Both the position numbers and the translations under genes were made by a program. The notes under the pieces were generated by a model. It did no database searches and was not told where the DNA came from. It saw only the letters and a program-made list of their open reading frames with translations. 64,000 nucleotides of DNA from an uncultured Clostridia bacterium (GTDB taxonomy: Bacteria > Bacillota > Clostridia > TANB77 > CAG-508): the NCBI GenBank assembly GCA_948735595.1, contig CAPXSA010000027.1, forward strand, positions 7,106 through 71,105. The letters are read 5' to 3'. Position 1 is the stretch's first letter. The number at the start of each line of letters is the position of its first letter. Shown in pieces: positions 40,780 through 49,857 of the stretch.

Positions 40780-41817
40780 TCACTCAAAATAATTTAACTT
40801 CATTGCCTCTTTTACTTTCTTCATAGTCTCTTTTGCAGTTTGTCTTGTCTTTTCAGTTCCTTCTTTCAAAATCTTTTCTACTAGTTCTGGATGTTCTTCA
40901 TAGTATTTTCTTTTTTCTCTAATTGGCTCTAGAAATTGATTTACATTTTTGGCTAATTGTTTCTTACAAGCTACACAGCCTCTTGCTCCCGCTTTGCATT
41001 CTTCGCAAACACATTTTACTTCTTCATTTGTGCTAAATAGTTTATGATAATATGCTACCATGCATACATCAGGATGCCCTGGGTCATCCTTTTTTATTCT
41101 TGCAGGGTCTGTTACTGCACTCATAATTTTTTTGTTTACTTCTTCCTCTGTATCTGCCAAATAAATAGCATTTCCTAAAGATTTTCCCATCTTGTCATTG
41201 CCATCTAGTCCTTTGATTCTTTTGTATTGAGATAATACTGGCTCAGGTTCTTCTAAAATCTCACCATAAATACTGTTGAATTTTCTTACAATTTCTCTAC
41301 ATTGTTCAATTAATGGTAGTTGATCTTCTCCTACAGGTACAACTGTTCCCTCCACCACTGTAATATCTGCAGCTTGGCTTACTGGATATCCTAAAAATCC
41401 ATAAGTAACACTTTCTCCAAAAACTTCTTTTTTCTGTGCTATCTCTGTTTTAACAGTAGGGTTTCTTTCTAGCCTAGCAATTGTTACTAGGTTAGAATAA
41501 AATACTGTTAGTTCTGCAGTTTCAGGTATCATAGACTGAATATATATGGTTGTTTTCTCGGGATCAATACCAATGGATAAATAGTCCAATATTACTTCTT
41601 TTACATTTTTTCTTACCTTTTCAGGATTATCAAAATTATCTGTTAATGCTTGCACATCTGCAATTAATATATATGGATCATATTTCCCACTATTTTGCAT
41701 TTCTACTCTTGTTTTTAGTGAACCGAAATAGTGACCAATATGCAATTTTCCTGTTGGTCTATCACCTGTTAACATACGTTTTTTCTTTTCTTCCATTTTA
41801 TCATCCCTTATTCTCAT
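40780..41817 (-). CDS. trpS: Tryptophan--tRNA ligase (start may be the internal ATG at 41794-41796)
   Basis: TGKLHIGHYFG (HIGH) and KMGKS (KMSKS) class I signatures. Confidence 0.9.
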   Translation of the reverse strand: MRIRDDKMEEKKKRMLTGDRPTGKLHIGHYFGSLKTRVEMQNSGKYDPYILIADVQALTDNFDNPEKVRKNVKEVILDYLSIGIDPEKTTIYIQSMIPETAELTVFYSNLVTIARLERNPTVKTEIAQKKEVFGESVTYGFLGYPVSQAADITVVEGTVVPVGEDQLPLIEQCREIVRKFNSIYGEILEEPEPVLSQYKRIKGLDGNDKMGKSLGNAIYLADTEEEVNKKIMSAVTDPARIKKDDPGHPDVCMVAYYHKLFSTNEEVKCVCEECKAGARGCVACKKQLAKNVNQFLEPIREKRKYYEEHPELVEKILKEGTEKTRQTAKETMKKVKEAMKLNYFE

Positions 41818-41837
41818 TTTATTTTTCTTGCATATCT

Positions 41838-41866
41838 ATTATACTGGATTTTCCTATAATTTACAA
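41838..41866 (-). promoter_or_regulatory. Putative trpS promoter: TTGTAA, 17-nt spacer, TATAAT
   Basis: The reverse complement reads ttgtaa attataggaaaatccag tataat. The short leader leaves no room for a T-box. Confidence 0.45.
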
Positions 41867-41879
41867 GGTATAAATTGTA

Positions 41880-41912
41880 AAAACTCTATAGCTAATTGCT
41901 ATAGAGTTCTTT
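41880..41912 (-). terminator. Intrinsic terminator after rpmA
   Basis: AACTCTATAGC-aatt-GCTATAGAGTT followed by TTTT on the minus strand. Confidence 0.75.
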
Positions 41913-41917
41913 TTCAT

Positions 41918-42193
41918 CTATTTTGCTGTGCTTCCTTCTTCTACTGGATAAACACTAACTTTTTTCTTGTCTCTTCCAAGTCTTTCAAATTTTACTTTTC
42001 CTGTTACTTTTGCAAATAACGTATCATCACTTCCGATACCTACATTAGTACCCGGATGAATTTTAGTTCCTCTTTGTCTTACTAAGATATTTCCTGCTGG
42101 AACAACTTGCCCATCAGCTCTTTTAAGACCTAAACGTTTTGATTCACTATCTCTTCCGTTCTTAACACTACCTTGACCTTTTTTATGAGCCAT
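41918..42193 (-). CDS. rpmA: 50S ribosomal protein L27, without the Prp-cleaved N-terminal propeptide
   Basis: Starts directly at [22 protein letters not shown]. Confidence 0.95.
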   Translation of the reverse strand: MAHKKGQGSVKNGRDSESKRLGLKRADGQVVPAGNILVRQRGTKIHPGTNVGIGSDDTLFAKVTGKVKFERLGRDKKKVSVYPVEEGSTAK

Positions 42194-42330
42194 GCTTTAT
42201 CTCACTCCCTTCACATCTTTATTAGGGTATTCTATACCTGAATTTTTCTATCTCTTTTCTACGGTTTACAATCTCACATACGTTCGATTGCATTAGTTAG
42301 CTGTAACTCGCCTTGCTTCGTACAGCTAAC

Positions 42331-42729
42331 TTAATCCTTTTTTGCTGTATCAGCCTTTTTGGTTGCTGGCTTTGCAGATGCTGTTTTTGTTTCAGCTTTA
42401 TCTTCTGCTTTTGCGCTAGCTGTTTTAATATTTGTAATTTCTACTTTTGTATATGGTTGTCTATGTCCTTGTGTTCTTCTATAATTCTTTTTAGCCTTAT
42501 ATTTGTACACTAAGATTTTTTTACCTTTACCATGAGAAACTACTTTTCCTTCTACTTTAACATCTTTTATATAAGGAGTTCCTACTTCTACTTTTTTGTC
42601 ATCAGATACTAAAACAACATTATCAAATGTTACTTTTTTACCTTCTTCTACATCTAATTTTTCGAAGAATACAACATCTCCTTTTGTTACTTTGTATTGT
42701 CTTCCACAGCTTTCAATAATTGCGTACAT
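42331..42729 (-). CDS. rplU: 50S ribosomal protein L21 with a Lys/Ala/Thr-rich C-terminal extension
   Basis: [14 protein letters not shown] start with an AGGAGGTG SD 9 nt upstream. The tail [28 protein letters not shown] extends beyond the canonical ~103 aa. Confidence 0.9.
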   Translation of the reverse strand: MYAIIESCGRQYKVTKGDVVFFEKLDVEEGKKVTFDNVVLVSDDKKVEVGTPYIKDVKVEGKVVSHGKGKKILVYKYKAKKNYRRTQGHRQPYTKVEITNIKTASAKAEDKAETKTASAKPATKKADTAKKD

Positions 42730-42917
42730 TCTTCGTACACCTCCTATATTTGTATACTCGCTAAGCATAAATAACAAGGCAATTACTTCTATTTTAAGTA
42801 ATATTTAGTTGCCCGACTCAGGCGGCTTACAGTTAGATAGTATATCATATTTTGCTTTACGCTGTCAAGTGTTTTAGCTTGTTTTCCTCCTCAATTTTTA
42901 CAATCTACTTTATACAC

Positions 42918-42945
42918 GCAAAAGAAGCCGCAGTCTGCGGCCCCT
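42918..42945 (-). terminator. GC-rich intrinsic terminator of the 42956 gene
   Basis: GCCGCAG-a-CTGCGGC followed by ttcttttg on the minus strand. Confidence 0.7.
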
Positions 42946-42955
42946 TTTGCTTTTC

Positions 42956-43417
42956 TTACTTTCGGTCTTCTACGATGTTGAAGGCTACGACAAGTTCGCT
43001 GTTTTCCTTATCAAAGTAAACATCGAACCCTTTCCTTTCTAATGCTTCAATAAAGGGCATTAGATAAGTGACAATCGCTCTTCCCTCGAAAATACAGCAC
43101 GTGTAATGTTTTTTCTTAAAATCGGCTTTGGCGAAGAATTCCTTGAATTTAGGCATTTTATAATCCTTTGCCAAATCCTGTTTGCAAAGAATCCAATCTA
43201 TGCCAAATTTGAAGGAGTCAAACATGAAATTCTCCACCCGCAAAGTAATGCCTAATTGGGTAGCTTCACTAAAGCTTATCCAATTTTTTTTGCCATATAG
43301 GCTCTGTAGATACTGCCTGACTTCGCTAATAAACTGGTCTGCTCGTTGATCATAAAGTTGTTCTCTGTGAGCATTATTCTCACGAAAAACATTCCGCAAC
43401 GTATCGACATCCACCAC
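42956..43417 (-). CDS. Hypothetical protein in a G+C-rich islet
   Basis: 153-aa ORF with its own GC-rich terminator. Composition is visibly different from the flanking genes. It contains two in-frame CGG codons. Confidence 0.45.
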   Translation of the reverse strand: MVDVDTLRNVFRENNAHREQLYDQRADQFISEVRQYLQSLYGKKNWISFSEATQLGITLRVENFMFDSFKFGIDWILCKQDLAKDYKMPKFKEFFAKADFKKKHYTCCIFEGRAIVTYLMPFIEALERKGFDVYFDKENSELVVAFNIVEDRK

Positions 43418-43510
43418 TGTATCCTCCTTATTTCTTTCCCAAAAGTAACAACTTTATAAAAGGTGTCCTTACATATTATATCATATTGCGCATACTAAAG
43501 CAAACCCATA

Positions 43511-46500
43511 CTATTCTACGCTTTTAAGCGACTCTATCATATTAATCTTTTTGAGTGCAAAATAAGTAAGAATATTGACAATTGTTGCAAATAACAAAGT
43601 AATCACAATTCCATACACATAGCTTGCTAATTTAATTTGTGGATTAAACATAAAAGCATCTAATTCGCAAGTTTTGATAATAAAAGTAGTTAAAAAATTA
43701 CCACCTAGTAATCCCGCTAAAATTCCTATTAGTGTTAGTAAAAGGCTTTCTTTCCCTACATATTCATATACTTCTGGGTCATAAAAACCTAATACCTTAA
43801 TAGTTGCAAGTTCACGTATTCTTTCACTAATATTGGTATTCGATAAGTTATATAGTACTACTAATGCAAGCAACCCTGCTGCTATAATTAAAACCCATAC
43901 AACTAAAGCCATATTATCCATTACTTCAGAAAAGATAGTTGTAGCTACTGAATTGAATTCTACACTAGAGATGTTATCTTTATCTGCTAAAATTGACTTT
44001 CCTAAAGTATTTTCCTGTTCTTCTGATAGTTCTACCGTATTCGCAAAAATTGTATTTAATTTTGCTTCTTCCTGATATAACTGCTTATAAAGCTTTGGTG
44101 ACATATAGATATAATGTAGCAAATAATTTTCTGTAATGCCCACTACTTTAGTTTTCACTTCTACTTTATCAGCATTTTTGATGGTAATTTCGTCACCATC
44201 GTGAATTTCCAATAATTTTGCCAATTTTTCTGTAATAATAACCCCTTGTTCATCCAAAGTGTAACTTTGTTCTTTTTGTTTTCGATTACGTAGAACAATA
44301 AACTCTTTTAAATCTTCTACATTTTCAGGCACGACTAGTTGAATACTCTGATTATTCTCGTTTTTTACAATTTCTACAGATTGTCTATTTAATCGAATTG
44401 TATCTTGAATTTCTTTATTCTTGGCTATCTTTTCATAAGCTTTTTTACTTTCTTCTTGTCTTAAATTATCTTTTAATGTAATTTCTACTTGGTGTTTAAA
44501 AATATCGCCATACTGGGTTGGTATCATGCTACCCACAGCATCTCGAAGACCGAAGCCTGCTACAATTAAGGCAGTACATCCTGCCACACCAATAATTGTC
44601 ATTAAAAATCTCTTTTTATAGCGAAATATATTTCTTATCGTTACTTTTTGAGTAAAGTTTAAATGTTTCCATATGAATGGTATTTTTTCTAACAATACTC
44701 TTTTCCCCGGTTTTGGTGCTTTGGGTCTCATTAAAGTTGCAGGTGTAGTAGCTAATGCTTTGATACAAGAATACGCTGTTGCACCTACTGTGCAAATCGA
44801 TGCTGCTAAAAGACCTGCAAGTGTAAGTCCTATATCAAAACTTAATACTGGTTCTCCTATGTTATACATCATAGCATACATGTTACAAATAATCTTAGGT
44901 ATCATATAGAAGCCAATACTAACTCCTATGATACTTCCTAACACAGTTGCTAAAGTTGCATAAATTAGATATTTGTTAGCAATCTGTCTTTTACTATAAC
45001 CTAGCCCCTTTAAAGTACCAATTTGGACTCTTTGCTCTTCTACCATTCTTGTCATAGAAGTTAAACTAATGAGTGCTGCTACTACAAAGAATACTACTGG
45101 GAATACCTTTGCAATATTGTCAATTCTATCTGAGTCTTGCAAATAGCTAACATACCCTACGTTTTGGTTTCTATCTAAAATATACCATTCTGGCTTTTTG
45201 ATATCCGCTAATTTGATTTTAGCATCTTCTAATTTCTCTTGGGCTTCCTTTATTTTTTTGTCTGCTTTTTTTTGCTCTGTTTGTAGTTTTGTTTCATTAG
45301 TTTGAATTTCGCTTTCTGCTGATGTCAATTCTCTTTGAACTTTTGCAAATTCTTGGTCTGCTGTTTTCTTGCTTGTCTCATATTGTTGCTTTTTTGTATT
45401 TAAAGTGTTCCTTCCTTGTTTTAATAACTGTTCTTGTTCCTCTAATTGCTTTAAAATTTGTTCTTTCTGTTCTGGACTTACAAAATCTAATGTTGCTAAC
45501 AACTTTTTCTTTTCCGTTTCAAATAACTTTTCTTTTTCTTGAAGTTCTTTTTCTGCTTTATCTAATTCTGCTTTTCCCTGTGCCAACTGAGCATTGGTCG
45601 TTGTTTTCTGATCTTCTAGTTCTGCTTTTCCACTTCTTACTTGCCTTTTTGCATCTTCTATTTTTTGTTTGGCATCTTTTATTTCTTTTTCTGCTTTTGC
45701 CTTTTGAGTATTTAATTCTTTTTGTGCATCTTGTATTTTTCCATTTGCTTCATCATAAATTTCTTGATATCTTGCTTGTCTTCTCTCTTCTGAAATATCT
45801 TCAATACTCTGCTTTACTTCTTCTATTTTATCTTCATATTTAGAAGAATATGTCTTTAATTCTTTTGCTCCATCGGCGGTGATATATGCTACTGTTCTGA
45901 TGTTTGTATCAAAGTTTTCAAGTGGAATGTACATATAGTAGCTGATTTTTCCTGAGCCTAATTTGGTCGTTCCTCTATCACTTGAAATATATAGTGGAGA
46001 ATGTACTGTTCCTACAATGGTAACTTCCTTTTGTTTTAAAAGCGGTTGGTCTTTGCCATCCTCATCTTGAATATCCTCTACTTCGATTTTAATTTTGTCT
46101 CCTATCCTTTGTTCTGTTCCTGCAAGAAATCTAGGTTCTACTACACATTCTTTGTTGTTCTCTGGAAGTCTTCCTTCTACCACTTTTGCTTTATTAATTT
46201 CATTTGACAATGTCATTAGCTTTACTACTTCTTCTGTTTCGCCAATATTAACAATAGCATCAGTCGCATAACTTGCTTCTACTTTTTCTACTCCTTCTAT
46301 TTTTCTTAACTCTTCTATATCTTTTTCAGTAATTCCAAGTGTGGATAAAACTTGAATGTCCATTGCTTCATATTCATCAAAAGTTTTATCTAGGGTGTTT
46401 CTCATATCAGGGCTAGTTACTCGAATTCCTGCAAAAAATCCCACGCCTAATAGAACGATTAATAACAAGGAGAGAAATCGTTTAAAAGTATTGGTTATTT

Positions 46501-46534
46501 CTTTCACAGTATCTTTCATTAAGGCTTTCTTCAT
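43511..46534 (-). CDS. ABC transporter permease, FtsX/MacB-type, with a long coiled-coil extracytoplasmic insertion
   Basis: 1007 aa with two FtsX-like 4-TM modules. A central Lys/Glu/Gln-rich coiled coil separates them. The gene is adjacent to the ATPase gene. Confidence 0.8.
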   Translation of the reverse strand: MKKALMKDTVKEITNTFKRFLSLLLIVLLGVGFFAGIRVTSPDMRNTLDKTFDEYEAMDIQVLSTLGITEKDIEELRKIEGVEKVEASYATDAIVNIGETEEVVKLMTLSNEINKAKVVEGRLPENNKECVVEPRFLAGTEQRIGDKIKIEVEDIQDEDGKDQPLLKQKEVTIVGTVHSPLYISSDRGTTKLGSGKISYYMYIPLENFDTNIRTVAYITADGAKELKTYSSKYEDKIEEVKQSIEDISEERRQARYQEIYDEANGKIQDAQKELNTQKAKAEKEIKDAKQKIEDAKRQVRSGKAELEDQKTTTNAQLAQGKAELDKAEKELQEKEKLFETEKKKLLATLDFVSPEQKEQILKQLEEQEQLLKQGRNTLNTKKQQYETSKKTADQEFAKVQRELTSAESEIQTNETKLQTEQKKADKKIKEAQEKLEDAKIKLADIKKPEWYILDRNQNVGYVSYLQDSDRIDNIAKVFPVVFFVVAALISLTSMTRMVEEQRVQIGTLKGLGYSKRQIANKYLIYATLATVLGSIIGVSIGFYMIPKIICNMYAMMYNIGEPVLSFDIGLTLAGLLAASICTVGATAYSCIKALATTPATLMRPKAPKPGKRVLLEKIPFIWKHLNFTQKVTIRNIFRYKKRFLMTIIGVAGCTALIVAGFGLRDAVGSMIPTQYGDIFKHQVEITLKDNLRQEESKKAYEKIAKNKEIQDTIRLNRQSVEIVKNENNQSIQLVVPENVEDLKEFIVLRNRKQKEQSYTLDEQGVIITEKLAKLLEIHDGDEITIKNADKVEVKTKVVGITENYLLHYIYMSPKLYKQLYQEEAKLNTIFANTVELSEEQENTLGKSILADKDNISSVEFNSVATTIFSEVMDNMALVVWVLIIAAGLLALVVLYNLSNTNISERIRELATIKVLGFYDPEVYEYVGKESLLLTLIGILAGLLGGNFLTTFIIKTCELDAFMFNPQIKLASYVYGIVITLLFATIVNILTYFALKKINMIESLKSVE

Positions 46535-46558
46535 TTTTCTATACTCTTTTCTATGTAT

Positions 46559-47260
46559 TTACCACTCAATTTGTTCAATTGGTGTTGGATAGCTATTTTT
46601 TTGAATATCATAAGCAGTTCCATTTTTAAAATGAATTACCCTATCTGCCATTGGTGTTAATGCTTGATTATGAGTAATAATGACAACTGTCATTCCCTCT
46701 TTTCTACAAGTATCTTGTAACAATTGCAAAATTTGCTTTCCTGTTTTGTAATCTAATGCACCTGTTGGTTCATCACATAACAATAACTTTGGATTTTTCG
46801 CAATAGCCCTTGCAATTGCTACTCTTTGTTGTTCTCCTCCTGATAACTGAGAAGGAAAGTTATTCCTTCTTTCTTCTAGTCCTACCTTTTTTAAAATAGC
46901 CTTTGGGTCTAGTGGATTTTTGCAAATTTGTGTAGCAAGTTCTACATTTTCAATCGCAGTTAGATTTTGTACTAAATTATAGAATTGAAAAACAAACCCA
47001 ATATCTTCTCTACGATATTTGATGAGTTCTTTTTCTTTTAAGGAACTAATTTCTTTTCCATCTATGATTACTTTGCCTCGTGTTACAGTATCCATTCCTC
47101 CTAGAATATTAAGTGCAGTGGTCTTTCCTGCACCACTAGGACCAACAATAACTGTTAGTTCTCCTTTTTCTATTTCAAAATTGGTATTATCTAATGCTTG
47201 TATAAAAACTTCTCCCATTTGATAAGCTTTTACTACACTTTTAAATTCAATATATGCCAT
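46559..47260 (-). CDS. ABC transporter ATP-binding protein (MacB/LolD-like)
   Basis: GPSGAGKTT Walker [15 protein letters not shown] signature and [12 protein letters not shown] Walker B. The start at MAYIEFKSV has a GGAGG SD. Confidence 0.9.
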   Translation of the reverse strand: MAYIEFKSVVKAYQMGEVFIQALDNTNFEIEKGELTVIVGPSGAGKTTALNILGGMDTVTRGKVIIDGKEISSLKEKELIKYRREDIGFVFQFYNLVQNLTAIENVELATQICKNPLDPKAILKKVGLEERRNNFPSQLSGGEQQRVAIARAIAKNPKLLLCDEPTGALDYKTGKQILQLLQDTCRKEGMTVVIITHNQALTPMADRVIHFKNGTAYDIQKNSYPTPIEQIEW

Positions 47261-47363
47261 ATTTCCTCCACTTAAGATTCTCACTTCTTCCTGTAATAGT
47301 ATATTCCACTTTTTTCCTTTTTTCAATTCCTTTATTAAAGTTCATTGTGAATTTTTGGACACA

Positions 47364-47420
47364 AAAATGTCGTACTAGGGACAGATGTCAGACAAACTAA
47401 CGTCCCCTGTACGACATTTT
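47364..47420. repeat. REP-like core embedded in the loop of a terminator-like palindrome
   Basis: AAAATGTCGTAC-tagggacagatgtcagacaaactaacgtcccct-GTACGACATTTT. Confidence 0.65.
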
Positions 47421-47422
47421 TA

Positions 47423-49549
47423 TTATTTCTCTTTAAATGTTACTACTTCTGAGTATGGTCCATATGTTTTTACACCATTAATATATTTATATGCTCTAAC
47501 TCTTGCAGTATAATCATAATTTTTTCCTGTAATTCCTGAAATCTCTGTACTACTATTATTAGCATACATTGGCACATGACCAATTCCCGGTACTGTTAAA
47601 TCAATTTCATATCCTGCTGCACCGCTTACTCTATTCCATTTTAAAGTTACAGTCGTTTTGTTCATAGTTGACTTTAATCCGGTTACTTTGCTAATAGATG
47701 TATTGTTTTCTGTTTTGTTATAGCTTTCTGTTCTAAAGCTTGTTACACTAGAATAATTGCTATAAGCTGTTTCATATTTTCCATTTACATATTGATTTTT
47801 ATATGCTCTTACTCTTACCTTATAATTAGTAGAATAGTCCAACATGTTACTGGTTAAAATCATATGGTTTTCTGTCACATAATCTACATGTTTGTATGCT
47901 CCACTATTTTTAGAAATTTCCACTTCATAACCTGTAGCACCTTCTACTTCCCACCATACTAAATATGCTTCATTTCTGTTTCTAATTTCAGCTGTTAGAT
48001 GTGTTGGAGTTGCAGGTTTTACAAGTGTTTCTTTTGAAGTTGTAAATCCTTTAATTGTTGCGCTTTCACTGGTATACTCTTTTCCATTTACCTTTTTATA
48101 TGCTTCAATTTTTACTTTGTAATAAGTATTTGCTTTTAAGTTGCTAAAATTGTAGCTTCTATTTGATGTTGAACCTTTATATTGGTAGCTTCCATTGCCT
48201 TGAGCAAAATAAATATTATATCCATTTGCACCACTTACAGCTGTCCAACTAATTTTAGCACTATTTTTAGTTAAGTTATCTACATAAATAGTTCTAACAT
48301 TTCCAACAGTAATTTTGTCTTCTTGTGTATTAAATCTATAGCTATATGATTCATTACCGTATTGTTTTTTTCCATTTACCCATTTATAGGCAACTATTTT
48401 TATTCTATAAGAACTGTCATCATCTAAGTTTGATAGAGCAACTGTTCTATTGCTTGTATCTTTAATTGTTTCATATCTTCCACTATTTTTAGATAGTAAG
48501 ACTTCATAGCCATCTGCATTATTTGCTTTTGACCAAGATACTCTAGCTGTTGTAGTACCAATGTCATACACTTCTACTTCATCAATATCTCCAACTGTTA
48601 TTTTTTCAGTTTTAGTTGTGAAAGAAGCATAAGTTGATTCATCTCCATATACTTTTTCATTTTTATCCCATTTATAAGCAACTATTTTTACTCTATAATA
48701 GCTGTCTGAAGTCAAGTTAGATAAATACACTCTGTTCCCTGTTTTTGAAGTAATATTTTGATAGCTTCCGTAGTTTTTAGATAATAAAACATCATAGCCA
48801 TCTGCATTATTTACTTCTTTCCATGTTACAGTTGCTGTTGTTTTTTCCACATCATAAACTGTTACATTTGTTACTTTATCTAGTTTTATTGGGTCATTAT
48901 TCTCATTGTTATTATCATCTTTATTAAAGTCAATAGTTATATATTGCGCTACTGATTTTTCACCATAACTTACATTATCTGTATTTAAATTTTTACAAGC
49001 CCTAACACTAAAACCATATGTCATACCATTTGAGAAACCTTGTAGTATTGCATTTGTTGTGGTTACTTCCCCGATATTCATATTGCCAAGTCCCGGAACA
49101 TCTACGAATACTTGATATTTATCTGCATTATTCACTTTTGACCAATTTAACGTGACATAACCATTTGCTTGTGTTACAGTTAAATTTTGTACTTGCTCTA
49201 AATTTTTTGGCAAAGTTGTAGTAAAGTTAATTTCATTTGAAAATGCAATTTCTGTTTTTGTATTATCATAGGCTGCTACTTTTAAACGATAAGTAGTATT
49301 TTCTGAAAAATTAATCAAAGTTGCTTCATTTGAATTTACAGAACCAATTTTAGTTCCATTTACATATACATTATATCCAGCACTATTAGAAACAGAAGAC
49401 CAAGTAAGTTTCATTTGGCTACCATTTAAGCTAGCTTTTAAATCACTAATATTTCCTACTAAGCTTACTGCTTGCATTGCTGTACTCATCATTAGTAATA
49501 GTAAAATTGTTAGAGTCATAATTGATACAATTTGTTTTTTATATCTCAT
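47423..49549 (-). CDS. Secreted protein built of about seven fibronectin type III repeats
   Basis: Signal peptide, followed by repeated units of the form W..V..A.GY.V......Y.......T...L...T.Y..KV.AY. Confidence 0.75.
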   Translation of the reverse strand: MRYKKQIVSIMTLTILLLLMMSTAMQAVSLVGNISDLKASLNGSQMKLTWSSVSNSAGYNVYVNGTKIGSVNSNEATLINFSENTTYRLKVAAYDNTKTEIAFSNEINFTTTLPKNLEQVQNLTVTQANGYVTLNWSKVNNADKYQVFVDVPGLGNMNIGEVTTTNAILQGFSNGMTYGFSVRACKNLNTDNVSYGEKSVAQYITIDFNKDDNNNENNDPIKLDKVTNVTVYDVEKTTATVTWKEVNNADGYDVLLSKNYGSYQNITSKTGNRVYLSNLTSDSYYRVKIVAYKWDKNEKVYGDESTYASFTTKTEKITVGDIDEVEVYDIGTTTARVSWSKANNADGYEVLLSKNSGRYETIKDTSNRTVALSNLDDDSSYRIKIVAYKWVNGKKQYGNESYSYRFNTQEDKITVGNVRTIYVDNLTKNSAKISWTAVSGANGYNIYFAQGNGSYQYKGSTSNRSYNFSNLKANTYYKVKIEAYKKVNGKEYTSESATIKGFTTSKETLVKPATPTHLTAEIRNRNEAYLVWWEVEGATGYEVEISKNSGAYKHVDYVTENHMILTSNMLDYSTNYKVRVRAYKNQYVNGKYETAYSNYSSVTSFRTESYNKTENNTSISKVTGLKSTMNKTTVTLKWNRVSGAAGYEIDLTVPGIGHVPMYANNSSTEISGITGKNYDYTARVRAYKYINGVKTYGPYSEVVTFKEK

Positions 49550-49623
49550 AATAACGCCCCTTTCCGCCTAGATTTTATCATGTTTTATGTTTACTGTCAA
49601 GTTATTGGTACTAATCTTAAGAT

Positions 49624-49854
49624 TTATTTTGCAATAACATTGTTAACGCTAGTATCTCCCCCCGGAAGAATTGTAATTCCGCCATTTGGTGAAGTAACTG
49701 TGTATTGATTTTGACTTGCATTTAACATACGTTCTAATTCATCCACCTTATTTTCATAATAATATAAAAGTCCACCTATTCCCACTAAAAAGAGTAATAC
49801 TAATAAGCTAATCGTAACAATAAATGTTTTCATACGAACAATTTTGTTTTCCAT
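49624..49854 (-). CDS. Small single-pass membrane protein
   Basis: 76 aa with one TM helix. Its start lies 3 nt downstream of the dnaE stop. Confidence 0.5.
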   Translation of the reverse strand: MENKIVRMKTFIVTISLLVLLFLVGIGGLLYYYENKVDELERMLNASQNQYTVTSPNGGITILPGGDTSVNNVIAK

Positions 49855-49857
49855 GTT

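Noticed and set aside
41818-41917. A T-box riboswitch upstream of trpS.
   Set aside because: Only about 100 nt separate trpS from rpmA. That space is taken up by the rpmA terminator and a promoter, which leaves no room for a T-box leader.
42730-42900. A ribosomal-protein L21 leader RNA upstream of rplU.
   Set aside because: The position is right and the region is somewhat G+C-richer. I cannot reproduce the motif consensus from memory, so I make no call.
45322-45843. The 173-aa ORF antisense to the ABC permease, and similar antisense ORFs at 19123-19512, 34886-35260, 60349-60771, 26878-27156, 63239-63529 and elsewhere.
   Set aside because: Each lies entirely inside a well-supported gene on the opposite strand and has a low-complexity Leu/Phe/Ser-rich translation with no SD. 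These are typical shadow ORFs in AT-rich DNA.
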